64,000 nucleotides of DNA. Origin: Chthoniobacterales bacterium (GTDB lineage: Bacteria > Verrucomicrobiota > Verrucomicrobiia > Chthoniobacterales > Chthoniobacteraceae). The stretch lies in assembly GCA_038207335.1 (NCBI GenBank), contig JBBQZX010000007.1, positions 32,001 to 96,000 on the forward strand, written 5' to 3'. The position numbers and the translations under genes were made by a program. Under the pieces are notes generated by a model. It was not told the origin of the DNA. It saw only the letters and a list, made by a program, of their open reading frames with translations, and did no database searches. Below are positions 9,586 to 20,429 of the stretch, in pieces (within the stretch, counting starts at the first letter, position 1; each line of letters begins with the position of its first letter).

Positions 9586-11502
9586 ATGAACCCCAATTCG
9601 CAGCCCCCTCCGTGCCGGTTTGCCCGCCGAATGCGCGCGTTTTCATCGTCCGCTGCGGTATTCGCAATCCTCGCAAGCGGGGCGGTGTTCGCGACTTGGA
9701 CGCTTCCTATTTCCGCGCTGCGATCTGCGCCGCTAAATCTGACGGATATTCACCCGAGCGTTGCGCTGGCCCTTTTTCTCGCGGGGTTCGCAACCCTGTT
9801 TCTGCGCGCCGCGCCGCTGGCCGGGCAGACGCTTGGTCTCGCTGTCTGCCTCATGGGAGCGCTCACGCTGAACGACTGTCTCGGCGGGCCAGAACTCGAC
9901 ATTCACGTTTCTTTTTCACCGACCGTCGAGCTGCTTCCCATGCCGTTTGCGCCGGCTTCCGCGCTTGCTTTTGTGCTCCTCGGAGCCGCGCTCGTGCTGG
10001 CCCGTTGGCGAAAAAGCGCGGCTCTCTCTCAAACCATAAGCTTGCTCGCCGCGGCACTCGGTTTCCTAGCGCTGACGGGCCATCTCTTCGGCGCGGAAGA
10101 ATTCTTCGGGATTTCCGGCTTCACTGGAATCGCTCTCCTGACCGCGACCTCAGTCGCACTGCTGGGACTCGCGATCGCGTTTCTTTCCGCAAAAAATGGG
10201 CCTCTCAAGATCCTGCTCAGCGACAGCGATGGCGGAATGCTCGCTCGCTGGATGCTGCCAGGCTCGATCCTCATTCCGCTACTCACGGGCCGCGCCGCGG
10301 TGTGGGGGCGGGGAAGTGCGCTCTACGACGAGGCGTTTGAGATGGCGTTTTTCGCCACCGCGTCTGCAGTCGTGTTTCTCATCGTGATCTGGTCGGTGGC
10401 GCATTGGCTGATGCGGATGGAAATGCGGAGAGGTGAAGCCGAGGAGGAGCGAGACCGCTTCTTCACCGTCTCGCTCGACCTGCTCTGCGTGGCGGGCACG
10501 GATGGGCGTTTTCGCCGGCTTAATCCTGCATTCGAGCGAACGCTCGGCTATACGCAGGAGGAGCTGCTCGCGCGGCCGTTCATCGATTTCGTGCATCCGG
10601 ATGACCGCGCCGCAACGCTCGAGGTCGTGAGCCAGCTTGCCCGCGGCGAGGAGACCGTCGGTTTTGAAAATCGGTATCGGTGCAAGGACGGCGCACTGCG
10701 GTGGATGCTGTGGAGCGCCGCTGCGACACCCGACGGCGCGGTGTATGCCGCCGCCCGAGACATCACGGAACGCAAACGCGGGGAGGCCGAGCTGCGGCAG
10801 ACCGCGTCGGAATTGCAGCGCTCGAATTCCGAACTCGCGCAATTCGCATATCTCGCGTCGCACGACTTGCAGGAGCCGCTGCGCGCGGTTGCCGGCTGCA
10901 TACAGCTTTTGCAGCAGCGGTATTCCGGACAGCTCGATGCCCGAGCGGATGAGCTCATCGGCCACGTCGTCGATGGTGCCACACGGATGAAGGCGCTCAT
11001 CGGCGATTTGCTCGCGTATTCGAAAGTCGGTCGTGGCGAGCCCGAAGAATCGCCGGTCGATCTCGACTCCGCGCTACAGCACGCGCTGCTGAATCTGCGA
11101 GCGGCGATCGAGGAGAGCGGCGCGAAAATCACGCACGATCCACTCCCGACCGTGCCCGGAAACGCCACGCTCCTTGCGCAGCTTTTCCAAAATCTCATCG
11201 GCAACTCGATCAAGTTTCGCGGCGATGCGGCCCCGGAAATTCACATCGCCGCCGGACATCGCAGCGGCGAATGGGCGTTTGCGCTCAGCGACAACGGCAT
11301 AGGGATCGAGCCCGAATATTTCGAACGCATCTTCGGCATTTTCCAGCGGCTCCACACGCGGCGCGATTTTCCCGGAACGGGCATCGGGCTCGCGCTTTGC
11401 AAAAAAATCGTCGAGCGCCACGGTGGACGGATCGCGGTTCAATCGAAGCCAGGAAGCGGTTCAACGTTTCGCTTCACGCTTTCGGATCACGCACAAAAAT
11501 GA
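9586..11502 (+). CDS. Membrane PAS-domain sensor histidine kinase
   Basis: Multi-TM N-terminus, PAS (FVHPDDR...ARDITERK), H-box ASHDLQEPLR, N-box QNLIGNSIKF, DNGIGI, GTGIGLA. Confidence 0.95.
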   Translation: MNPNSQPPPCRFARRMRAFSSSAAVFAILASGAVFATWTLPISALRSAPLNLTDIHPSVALALFLAGFATLFLRAAPLAGQTLGLAVCLMGALTLNDCLGGPELDIHVSFSPTVELLPMPFAPASALAFVLLGAALVLARWRKSAALSQTISLLAAALGFLALTGHLFGAEEFFGISGFTGIALLTATSVALLGLAIAFLSAKNGPLKILLSDSDGGMLARWMLPGSILIPLLTGRAAVWGRGSALYDEAFEMAFFATASAVVFLIVIWSVAHWLMRMEMRRGEAEEERDRFFTVSLDLLCVAGTDGRFRRLNPAFERTLGYTQEELLARPFIDFVHPDDRAATLEVVSQLARGEETVGFENRYRCKDGALRWMLWSAAATPDGAVYAAARDITERKRGEAELRQTASELQRSNSELAQFAYLASHDLQEPLRAVAGCIQLLQQRYSGQLDARADELIGHVVDGATRMKALIGDLLAYSKVGRGEPEESPVDLDSALQHALLNLRAAIEESGAKITHDPLPTVPGNATLLAQLFQNLIGNSIKFRGDAAPEIHIAAGHRSGEWAFALSDNGIGIEPEYFERIFGIFQRLHTRRDFPGTGIGLALCKKIVERHGGRIAVQSKPGSGSTFRFTLSDHAQK

Positions 11503-11933
11503 GCACTTCAGGCGTTCGCATTTTGCTGATCGAGGACAGTCCCGCCGACGTGCTGCTCGCGCGTGAAGCGCTGGAGGGAACCGGGTTCGCGCACGATTTG
11601 CATGTCGTGGAAGATGGCGTGGAGGCGATGAATTTCCTGCTCCGGCGAGGAAACTTCGCGGGCTCGTCGCTGCCGGATTTCATCCTACTCGACTGGAATC
11701 TGCCGCGCAAAAGTGGGCGAGAGGTGCTTGCGGAAATGGAAGCGCATACCGAACTGCGCACGATCCCCGTGGTGGTGCTGACGACCTCGCAATCGGAGGA
11801 GGACGTACGCCGCGCGTACGGCTTGGGAGCAAATGCGTTCGTGACGAAGCCCGTGGATTTCGCTGGCTTCGAGCGCGTGATACGAGGAATCGCGGATTTT
11901 TGGTTCAAGACCGCAACGCTGCCGCAGGGGTAA
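11499..11933 (+). CDS. Single-domain response regulator (Rcp1-like)
   Basis: ATGA overlap with the kinase; ILLIEDSPAD, ILLDWNLP, VVLTTS, KPVDF. Confidence 0.93.
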   Translation: MSTSGVRILLIEDSPADVLLAREALEGTGFAHDLHVVEDGVEAMNFLLRRGNFAGSSLPDFILLDWNLPRKSGREVLAEMEAHTELRTIPVVVLTTSQSEEDVRRAYGLGANAFVTKPVDFAGFERVIRGIADFWFKTATLPQG

Positions 11934-11943
11934 TTTGCGCGGA

Positions 11944-12681
11944 CTACTCCGCGCGCTCGACGAGCACGAGGCTCGCGTCGTCGTAGAATTCCGCGGTCTT
12001 CGCGTGCTTCTCCACCGCGCGCAACAAATCCTCGGTCGGTCCGTGCGCATTCAGCAGCGCGCCGAATGACTCGGGGCCGCGCGCCACGCCATCGCTCGCG
12101 ACGATCAGCACATCGCCGACCGCGAGTTCCACCTTGCAGTGTTTCAGCCGAAATGGCGCGTGCGCTCCGAAGCAGTCGATGAGCAGACGCCCGCAATTAT
12201 CCGGGATGGAGAGCTGCGTGGTGACAAAGCGGCCCGCTTTTTTCCGCGCGAGAAAAATGGGCGAATCACCGACCCACTCACAGTGCGCCGTAGTTCCCTC
12301 GATCAGCGCCGCGCTCAGCGTGCAGGCGCTTTCCAGCATCGCGGGATCGTCGGCAAATTCGTCGTAAAAACGCGCATTGATCCCACGCAGATATTTTCGC
12401 GCTTGAAGCGCACGACGCCCTTCCGGTTTGTCGAAAAGCGGATCGATGGCGAGGTGGCGCTCGATGAGGTAGCTCGCCACCTCGCCTCCATGCGGGCAGC
12501 GGCTCACGCCATCCGCGACCGCGAGCAGGAGCAGACGCGAGTCGTCGTCATCGAGCCAGCGATGAAGCACGCGATCTTGATTTTCCGCGCGGCATCCGGG
12601 CCCCTTGCTTCCCATCATGCTCATTTCGAGCACATGGAATTGCGACGACGCTGCGCGATGCGGTGCGGCTGGGGAAAGCAC
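11944..12681 (-). CDS. PP2C/PPM-family Ser/Thr protein phosphatase
   Basis: ENQDR, AVADGV...GEVAS, VGDS, VASDGV, DDASLV. Start uncertain. Confidence 0.85.
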   Translation of the reverse strand: MLSPAAPHRAASSQFHVLEMSMMGSKGPGCRAENQDRVLHRWLDDDDSRLLLLAVADGVSRCPHGGEVASYLIERHLAIDPLFDKPEGRRALQARKYLRGINARFYDEFADDPAMLESACTLSAALIEGTTAHCEWVGDSPIFLARKKAGRFVTTQLSIPDNCGRLLIDCFGAHAPFRLKHCKVELAVGDVLIVASDGVARGPESFGALLNAHGPTEDLLRAVEKHAKTAEFYDDASLVLVERAE

Positions 12682-12747
12682 GGTGGTCGTTTAGAGCCGC
12701 TACCGCGCCACGACAAGCGGAAGTTGAAGCCGCGCGACTTTCTCCGG

Positions 12748-14011
<1,264 letters not shown>

Positions 14012-14019
14012 GTCCATCC

Positions 14020-14433
14020 ATGCGCTCCGAGCCTAAAAAACGTATCGACACTCGCGCGGCGGAGTCGCCGCGAAGTGGCTTAAATCCAGCTTTTGCGGGG
14101 ATCGATTTGGCGGGCGTTTCCATCTCGGGCCCGTCTGCGGGATCACCGATTTCGGATACAGCGCCCTCGGTGTCTCGACCTCACTGGAAAATGGGGCGCG
14201 TCGTGCTACGGCGGGAGAAGGCACATCGTGGCGGGAAGACCGTGATCGTAGTGGATGACTTTGCCACGCATCTGCCGGAGTCGGTCATCGAGTGTGTGGC
14301 GAAAAGGCTGCGCGCAGCGTGCGGCTGCGGCGGGACGGTGAAGGGGCGCACGATCGAGGTGCAGGGCGATCAAGCCGGGAAGGTCCGCGCGCTGCTGGAA
14401 GAGGAGAATTTCACGGTCGCGGGAATTCGGTAA
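14020..14433 (+). CDS. yciH: SUI1/YciH-family translation initiation factor
   Basis: RREKAHRGGKTVIVV...AKRLRAACGCGGTVKGRTIEVQGD. Confidence 0.9.
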   Translation: MRSEPKKRIDTRAAESPRSGLNPAFAGIDLAGVSISGPSAGSPISDTAPSVSRPHWKMGRVVLRREKAHRGGKTVIVVDDFATHLPESVIECVAKRLRAACGCGGTVKGRTIEVQGDQAGKVRALLEEENFTVAGIR

Positions 14434-14501
14434 TCGACGGGCGCAGGGCACAACCTCTGCTCCACTTTACGGTCAGCCGATCCAGTCAGCAACGCGCCTC
14501 T

Positions 14502-16811
14502 ATGCTTCCCAATCCCGCGAATTCCAATCACGACGCCCGTCGGCAGGAAACACACGCTATTCCCATGATCGACCCACCGATCAGCATGCTCGATCTCACG
14601 GTCGTCACCGCGGACAACGAAAATATCGAGGCGGAATTGCGCATCGTGATCGAGCAATTGCGCTCCCGCGCGCGCGAGCAACTCACCCAGGCGCTTGAAC
14701 TCGAGAAAGACAAGGAGTCGCTGGAGTCGCAGCTCGAAAATGCCTTTGAGCAGCTCCACGCCGCACGCGAGCGCGAGATGGCTCTCCGCGCGCGCACCTC
14801 CGAGGCGATTGCCGCCGCAAAGCAGCGTGACGAGGCGATCGAGTCGGCGCAACGCCATGCGAAGACGATCGCCGAACTACAAAAACGGATCGCCGATATC
14901 AGCCGTGAGCAGGATGCGGCGAGCAGCCAACGTGAGGCTGTCGCAAAGCAGACGGCTGCCGCGGCGCGCTCTGCGGAGGCGGCGAGTTCGCAACTCGCGC
15001 AGGCGCAAAAGAAGGTGCTCTCGATCCGCCTGGCGCGCGATGCCGCGCAGTCGCACAGCCAGGAGCTTTCGCAAAAACTCTCCGCGGCGATGTCGAAAAT
15101 CGCGGATCTGGAATACGCGCAAGAGGAATTTGAAACAACGCGGGCGCATGCCGGAGGCGAGATGGATCAAGTCCGCCGCGAGCGCCAAACTCTGAGCGAT
15201 GAACGCGCGGGCCTCATCGCTCAAATCGCGGAGCTGAGCGCCGAGGTCGATGCAAACCGCACTCGCATCCTCGATCTCGCGCAGCAGAAAAACGCCGCCA
15301 ATACGCTCGACAACGAACTCACCGAGGCGCTGGCACAAGCCCGAATGCAGGTCGCCGGGCTCGAGCGCGAGCGGGACGCGGCGCGCTCGCGCGCCCAAGA
15401 GCAGGCGACGGAACTCGATGAACTCCGCACGCAATTGCAGGCGCTCCGGCTCGAAGTCGCTGCGCCGCGCAGTGGTGGTGCCGATTTTGAAGATCTCCGT
15501 CGGCAGCACGCAGCGCTGCGCGAAGAGCGCGATGAGATCGCAGCGCGGGAACGCGAAATTTCAAACGAATCCAACGCCCAGCAAGAGCAGCTCGCGACTC
15601 TCGCGGATGAGCTCGCGGCGGTGCAGCGGCGGTGCGAGGACGCGGTAAAACGCGCCGACGATGCCCAACAACAATGCGTGAATGTGACACGGGAGCGCGA
15701 TGCCGGGTGGGATGGGCAGTTGGAGGAAACACAAATCCTCGAGGCGCAGTTGTCCGCGCTTCGAGCGCGTGACGCCGAACTTGTGCTAGCGCTCGAGAAG
15801 GCCGGGCAAATGGCGGAACGGGAGTCGCACGAACTCGAGAAAGTGCGCGAGCGGGCGCGACGTTGTGAGGATTACCGCATGGAGTCGATCGAACTCGCGG
15901 GGCGTCTCGATGCAGCGCAACGCGACATCATCGAGCTCACGGCGCATCTCGCGGAGGCGCGCTTGCAGGCGAAATTCGCGCTCGCTGCAAGCGCCAAAAA
16001 GACGGACGAAGCTGCACTTAGGGGCGCGCCTGCGGCTGCGTCAGTGCAAGAAGTCACGAGCCCCGAAATTCACGAGCTGGAACACGCCGATGAGAGCCCG
16101 GCTTTGCATGAATCTTTCACCGAAAAAGACGCAAGAGGTGCGCTGGTCGCGATGCGCCGCTGCTACCAGACCTTTTCCAAGACGCCTTCAGACCTGAGTC
16201 TCCTGAACGAGCTTCACGCGCATGCTCACGGCTTCTCCGAGCGCGCGCGTGTGTCGGGACTCGTCGCGCTGCACCGCTTGAGCGCTGCATTTGCGAGCCT
16301 CGCGCATCATCTTTACCGCGTCCCGGAAACGCTAAACCCGTCCACCCTGCGCACGGTCCAGCAGACGATCGAATTTCTCACTGCGCTCGTGCGCGATCGG
16401 AATCTCACGCATTTGCACGATCCGGTGAAAGCGCAGATTTACGTCGTCGATGACGATGCGGACAACTGCCAGGCGATCTCGATGGCGCTCGAGATGGTCA
16501 TGCTGAAAGTGACCTCCGCGCAGGATCCATCGGTCGCGCTCGGTGAGATCGCCAGCGGGCGCTACGACCTCCTCCTGCTCGATATCAATCTGCCCGGCAT
16601 GGATGGCTTCGAGCTGTGCGAAGAAATTCGAAAATGCTCGACCTACGCGACGACGCCGATCGTTTTTCTTACCGGCCTGAACACGCTCGAGCGCCGCGTG
16701 CAATCCACACTCAGTGGCGGTAACGACTTCATCGGCAAGCCGTTCAACCTGCACGAACTCGGCGTGAAAACGCTGACGCTGATTTTGAAGACACAGCTCG
16801 GGATCCCGTAA
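14502..16811 (+). CDS. Long coiled-coil protein with Hpt-like domain and C-terminal receiver domain
   Basis: About 480 aa of heptad repeats, then LNELHAHAHGFSERA..SG..L..L (Hpt-like), then an intact REC domain (VVDDD, LLDINLPGMDG, FLTG, KPF). Start is 14502 or 14565. Confidence 0.85.
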   Translation: MLPNPANSNHDARRQETHAIPMIDPPISMLDLTVVTADNENIEAELRIVIEQLRSRAREQLTQALELEKDKESLESQLENAFEQLHAAREREMALRARTSEAIAAAKQRDEAIESAQRHAKTIAELQKRIADISREQDAASSQREAVAKQTAAAARSAEAASSQLAQAQKKVLSIRLARDAAQSHSQELSQKLSAAMSKIADLEYAQEEFETTRAHAGGEMDQVRRERQTLSDERAGLIAQIAELSAEVDANRTRILDLAQQKNAANTLDNELTEALAQARMQVAGLERERDAARSRAQEQATELDELRTQLQALRLEVAAPRSGGADFEDLRRQHAALREERDEIAAREREISNESNAQQEQLATLADELAAVQRRCEDAVKRADDAQQQCVNVTRERDAGWDGQLEETQILEAQLSALRARDAELVLALEKAGQMAERESHELEKVRERARRCEDYRMESIELAGRLDAAQRDIIELTAHLAEARLQAKFALAASAKKTDEAALRGAPAAASVQEVTSPEIHELEHADESPALHESFTEKDARGALVAMRRCYQTFSKTPSDLSLLNELHAHAHGFSERARVSGLVALHRLSAAFASLAHHLYRVPETLNPSTLRTVQQTIEFLTALVRDRNLTHLHDPVKAQIYVVDDDADNCQAISMALEMVMLKVTSAQDPSVALGEIASGRYDLLLLDINLPGMDGFELCEEIRKCSTYATTPIVFLTGLNTLERRVQSTLSGGNDFIGKPFNLHELGVKTLTLILKTQLGIP

Positions 16812-16815
16812 CCTT

Positions 16816-17355
16816 CTAGTCGCAGAGCGCCGCGAGGATCTGCTGTTCACGCGCTCGATGCTCCGCGTCGCCCAAGACTTTTTCAGCCGCGGTCTCGCCC
16901 GACAAATCCGGCACCTCAATCCACGAGCGGCAACCGCCATATCGCGGTGCGTCGGGGAAAATCAGCGGCGGCACAAGCCGCGACACGCGGACAAACGCGA
17001 GGCTGACGCTCTGCTTTTCATCGTAACGGAAACGCTCCTCAATCACCTCATCGCGCCACAGGTGAAATGGCGCGAGCCGCCGCACGGCATCCAAGTCGGC
17101 GACCTCGCGCGTCCACTCGACGCGCGCGCGGAGACTGATTTCGAGGTCGGGCCTCTGCTCCGGCATCGCAGTCTCTGGCGGCAGCTTCAGTTTGGCGACC
17201 TGCTCGTGAAAGAGCGTGGGAAACAGCAGAAACTCGTAATGTTGAAAGCGGAAACCGGCACGCCCCTCGGCGATGCCACCTTTGCGCAAGATGATGCTCT
17301 GCGTCCCGCGCCCAAGCGCATCGCAGATGAGTGTCCATTCTTTGAAAGCAATCAT
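16816..17355 (-). CDS. DUF1802 family protein
   Basis: AFKEW..ICDALGRGTQSIILRKGGIAEG, FLLFPT.FHE, YGGCRSWI. Confidence 0.88.
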   Translation of the reverse strand: MIAFKEWTLICDALGRGTQSIILRKGGIAEGRAGFRFQHYEFLLFPTLFHEQVAKLKLPPETAMPEQRPDLEISLRARVEWTREVADLDAVRRLAPFHLWRDEVIEERFRYDEKQSVSLAFVRVSRLVPPLIFPDAPRYGGCRSWIEVPDLSGETAAEKVLGDAEHRAREQQILAALCD

Positions 17356-17428
17356 GGGATTTAGGATTTAAGATTTTGGAAGTGAAGCGCCCGGCGTCTC
17401 ACTTTCTAAATCCTACTTCCTAAATCCC
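17356..17428. repeat. Heptamer-based imperfect inverted-repeat element, copy 2
   Basis: gggatttaggatttaagattttggaagtga (17356-17385) is complementary at 25 of 30 positions to tcactttctaaatcctacttcctaaatccc (17399-17428); shares GGAAGTGAAGCGC with copy 1. Confidence 0.8.
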
Positions 17429-17450
17429 CACCCTCGCCCATCTTTTCGCC

Positions 17451-18149
17451 ATGCCATTCAAGATCGACCTGCACTGCCATTCCTGGTTTTCCGGCGATGG
17501 CGTGAGCAGCCCGGAGGAGATGATCGCGTCGGCGAAAAAGAAGGGGCTCCACGGCCTTGCGATCACCGATCACAACACCTGCGACGCGCACCTTTACCTC
17601 CGGGAAAGAGGGCTCGCTCGTGAGGATGGGCAACCGGTCGATGGCTTCCTCGTCATCCCCGGCGTGGAGGTGACGACCGCGGAGGGGCATCTGCTTTGCC
17701 TCGGCGTGATCCTGCCCAACCTGAAGCGCACGCCCGCCTCGGAGGTCTGCAAAATCGTGCATGAACTCGGCGGGCTCGCCATTCCGCCGCACCCGTACGA
17801 TTTGTTCCGCGCAGGCATCCGGCAGGCGGTGCTCGAGACGCTGCCGCTCGATGGGCTTGAGGTTTTCAACGCGGCGACCACTTTCAAACGCTACAATAAA
17901 AGGGCGTTCGACTTTGCGCAGGCGCATCATCTTCCCATGACCGCTGGCAGTGACGCGCACCACGAAGCGGCCGTCGGAACGGCCTATACGATCCTGCACA
18001 CGGACGAATTTTCGGTGAAGGGTATCCTCGGCCAGATCACGAAAGGCACGGAGCTGAACCAGCAATATCTCAGTCCGAAAGACGCGATCCGAAAGACCTG
18101 GAACAACTGGCTGCGCCTGCGCCGCAAACGCGTGCTGAGCGCACCGTAA
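17451..18149 (+). CDS. PHP-domain metal-dependent phosphoesterase
   Basis: IDLHCHS..SGDG, AITDHN, PGVEVTT..GH, PHP, EVFN, GSDAH. Confidence 0.92.
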   Translation: MPFKIDLHCHSWFSGDGVSSPEEMIASAKKKGLHGLAITDHNTCDAHLYLRERGLAREDGQPVDGFLVIPGVEVTTAEGHLLCLGVILPNLKRTPASEVCKIVHELGGLAIPPHPYDLFRAGIRQAVLETLPLDGLEVFNAATTFKRYNKRAFDFAQAHHLPMTAGSDAHHEAAVGTAYTILHTDEFSVKGILGQITKGTELNQQYLSPKDAIRKTWNNWLRLRRKRVLSAP

Positions 18150-18155
18150 GTGGGA

Positions 18156-19337
18156 TCAGTGCGCTGCGTGGGCGCTGAGCCGGCCGGAGAAAATCAGCAG
18201 GCCGAACGCGACGACATGAAACGTGATGAGGATATTCGCCGCGCGCCAACCAGCGCCGTCGCCCCACATTTTTCGCTGTTTGTTCCATCGGGCAAACCAG
18301 TCGTAGGCGCACAGCAGCGCCGCGTGATACAGGCCGTAGATGAGGTATCGCGGCTCCAAGTCGCCCGACATGTGCCAGAGGCCCATAATGCCGAATGTGA
18401 GGAAGAGCCCGAGATACGAGGAGGTGTGCCGGCCCTTAAACCACTTGCCTTTTCCCGCCGCGAGCAGGAAACGCATGTAGATGTGATCGCGGAACCAGAA
18501 GGAGAGCGACATGTGCCAGCGGTTCCAGAAATCGCGGATGTTCCGGGAGATGAATGGCAGGTTGAAATTTTCCGGCGTGTGGACGCCGAAGAGGTAGCTG
18601 AGCCCAATCGCAAATGCGCTGTAGCCCGCGAAGTCGAAGAACAGGTAAAACGTGTAGGCGTACATGTAGCTCGCCATGCGGAGCGCGGTGTCGCCGTGTT
18701 CAAAGCGATCCATCCAGTAGGTCCTGATGAGCGCGGCCACGATGAACTTGTAGAAAAAGCCGCGGAAGACCCGCTGCACGGCGGTGTCGAAATCGGCGAG
18801 AAATTCTGCGCGATCACGCTTGCGATTCCAGTCGAGGCCGAAGCGCCGGTACCGGTCGATCGGCCCCGCGGAAATGGTCGGAAAGAACAATAGGTAGGCG
18901 AAGTATTGGGGCGCGGAAAGCGACTTGATCACGCCATCGTGAATGCTGAACACGACGTCCAGCGCGCGAAACGTGACATAGGAGATGCCGAGAAATCCCA
19001 GCGCGGTTTGCGGTGAAATCGCGGGCAGAAATTTCGCCACGAACAACGGCAGCACCGACAGTGTCAGCACGACACGAAATGTGCCGCGCGTTTTCCATTT
19101 CAAAAGCGCCGCCGCGAGCGCGCCCTCGAATGCGACGAAAGCGAGCGCGATCCACGCCTCCTGCACCCCGAAGCCGGGGCGGATTTCGAGGGTCTTGCCG
19201 AGGTGAATGAAAATCGCGGCCGCACTCGCGATCAAGGCCCAGCGGGCACTCGCGCGTCCGAAGAGGCCAAGCGCGACGGTGGGAACGACAAGGTAAAGCA
19301 GCAACCCGAAGTACGGGAAATCCGCGTAGGGAGTCAT
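18156..19337 (-). CDS. dltB: DltB-type MBOAT D-alanyl transferase
   Basis: MTPYADF.YF N-terminus typical of DltB, FLGISYVTFR, FFPTISAGPIDRYRRF, YLFFDFAGYS, FWNRWHMSLSFWFRD, GLWH (catalytic His). Confidence 0.88.
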   Translation of the reverse strand: MTPYADFPYFGLLLYLVVPTVALGLFGRASARWALIASAAAIFIHLGKTLEIRPGFGVQEAWIALAFVAFEGALAAALLKWKTRGTFRVVLTLSVLPLFVAKFLPAISPQTALGFLGISYVTFRALDVVFSIHDGVIKSLSAPQYFAYLLFFPTISAGPIDRYRRFGLDWNRKRDRAEFLADFDTAVQRVFRGFFYKFIVAALIRTYWMDRFEHGDTALRMASYMYAYTFYLFFDFAGYSAFAIGLSYLFGVHTPENFNLPFISRNIRDFWNRWHMSLSFWFRDHIYMRFLLAAGKGKWFKGRHTSSYLGLFLTFGIMGLWHMSGDLEPRYLIYGLYHAALLCAYDWFARWNKQRKMWGDGAGWRAANILITFHVVAFGLLIFSGRLSAHAAH

Positions 19338-19406
19338 TTGAGGAGCGGTGTGTTTACCTCAAATCCCTCGCGAGCACGCGAATCTTTTAGAGTGCTGCGG
19401 ACAAAC

Positions 19407-19443
19407 AAAAAAGCCCCGCGCGCGAATCGCTCGCGCGCGGGGC
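19407..19443 (-). terminator. Rho-independent terminator of the hsp20 pair
   Basis: Perfect 13-bp stem gccccgcgcgcga / tcgcgcgcggggc with a 5-nt loop, followed on the minus strand by TTTTTTGTTT, about 20 nt after the stop codon. Confidence 0.88.
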
Positions 19444-19463
19444 ACGGAACCGACGGTGTGGCG

Positions 19464-19841
19464 TTAAGTTACCGCGATTTTGCGCGGCTTCACGCTCTCG
19501 GCTTTGGGCAGATGAAGCGCGAGCACGCCTTGCTCTATCTTCGCGTGGATGCGAGCCGCGTCGATGGATGGATCGATCTCGAAAACGCGCCGGTAATCGA
19601 GGCCGCGCGATTCTTGGAAGAGCTCTCGTCCTTTCGTCGCGACCGGGCTGCGGTGGCCGACGATGAAGAGTTGCCCGTTCTCGACGGTGACTTCGAGGCC
19701 GTCTTTTGCGACGCCCGGCATTTCCGCCTCGAGCAGGTAGCCTTCGCTCGTCTCGAGGATATCGGCGAGCGGGGTAATATAGCTGGGATGGCGCGGAGGC
19801 ACCGGTGGAGTTTTTGACTCAGGTTTGGTCAATGTGTTCAT
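19464..19841 (-). CDS. Hsp20/alpha-crystallin small heat-shock protein
   Basis: PLADILET...EMPGVAKDGLEVTVE...YRRVF...A.IEQGVLALHLPK.E..KPRKIAV. Confidence 0.93.
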   Translation of the reverse strand: MNTLTKPESKTPPVPPRHPSYITPLADILETSEGYLLEAEMPGVAKDGLEVTVENGQLFIVGHRSPVATKGRELFQESRGLDYRRVFEIDPSIDAARIHAKIEQGVLALHLPKAESVKPRKIAVT

Positions 19842-19870
19842 AGGTCTGGATTGAGTTGAGAAGTGGTTGC

Positions 19871-19896
19871 CCAGCGGGCGGGTTTGCGCCCGCTGG
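19871..19896. other. Intercistronic hairpin between the two hsp20 genes
   Basis: Perfect 10-bp stem ccagcgggcg / cgcccgctgg with a 6-nt loop; no U-tract on the minus strand. Confidence 0.6.
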
Positions 19897-19906
19897 AGTT
19901 GTTGTT

Positions 19907-20368
19907 TTAGGAAACGCTGACCGCGATTTGCTTCGGTTTCGCTTCCTCCGATTTTGGCAGCACCACGCGCAGGATGCCGTCATTGTAGGTGGCCTCGACT
20001 TTCGAAGGATCGACGCTCGCCGGGAGCGTGACGCTACGCTGGAAGCAGCCGAAGAAGCGCTCGCTACGGAAGCTTTCGCCTTCCTTCTTTTCGCGTTCGT
20101 TTTTCCGCTCACCCGAGATGCTGAGGGTGCCATCTTGCAAGGTGATTTCGATGGCGTCCTTCTTCATGCCAGGCAGCTCGCAGATGACGTGGAAGTGATC
20201 GCCATCCTCGACGACATCGAGGGCGGGCGACCAGCCACTGAAGAGGCCGGTATCGCGACTCGGCCAGGTGAATTCGAACAACCGATCGACATCGTCGCGC
20301 AGCGAAGCGAGGCGATCTGGCGGCGTCCACGGAGTGAGGTCTGTTGGTTGATAACGTAGTATGTTCAT
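19907..20368 (-). CDS. Hsp20/alpha-crystallin small heat-shock protein
   Basis: WSPALDVVED...ELPGMKK...LSISGERK...RSERFFG.FQRSVTLP..VD...ATYNDGILRVVLPK. Confidence 0.95.
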   Translation of the reverse strand: MNILRYQPTDLTPWTPPDRLASLRDDVDRLFEFTWPSRDTGLFSGWSPALDVVEDGDHFHVICELPGMKKDAIEITLQDGTLSISGERKNEREKKEGESFRSERFFGCFQRSVTLPASVDPSKVEATYNDGILRVVLPKSEEAKPKQIAVSVS

Positions 20369-20412
20369 GATGTTGATCTGTCAGTTTTGTTTCGCCTGAC
20401 AGATCTCGTTGG

Positions 20413-20429
20413 AGCTTCAGAAATGCCAG
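20413..20429 (-). promoter_or_regulatory. Possible sigma-54 (-24/-12) promoter for the hsp20 operon
   Basis: Minus strand reads CTGGCATTTCTGAAGCT, with exact GG-N10-GC spacing, about 45 nt upstream of the ATG; the TT before GC is missing. Confidence 0.4.

Noticed and set aside
19371..19398. CIRCE-like AGCACgC...GAGTGCT near the hsp20 genes
   Set aside because: Spacer is 10 nt rather than 9, outer bases mismatch, and it lies downstream of the hsp20 terminator.
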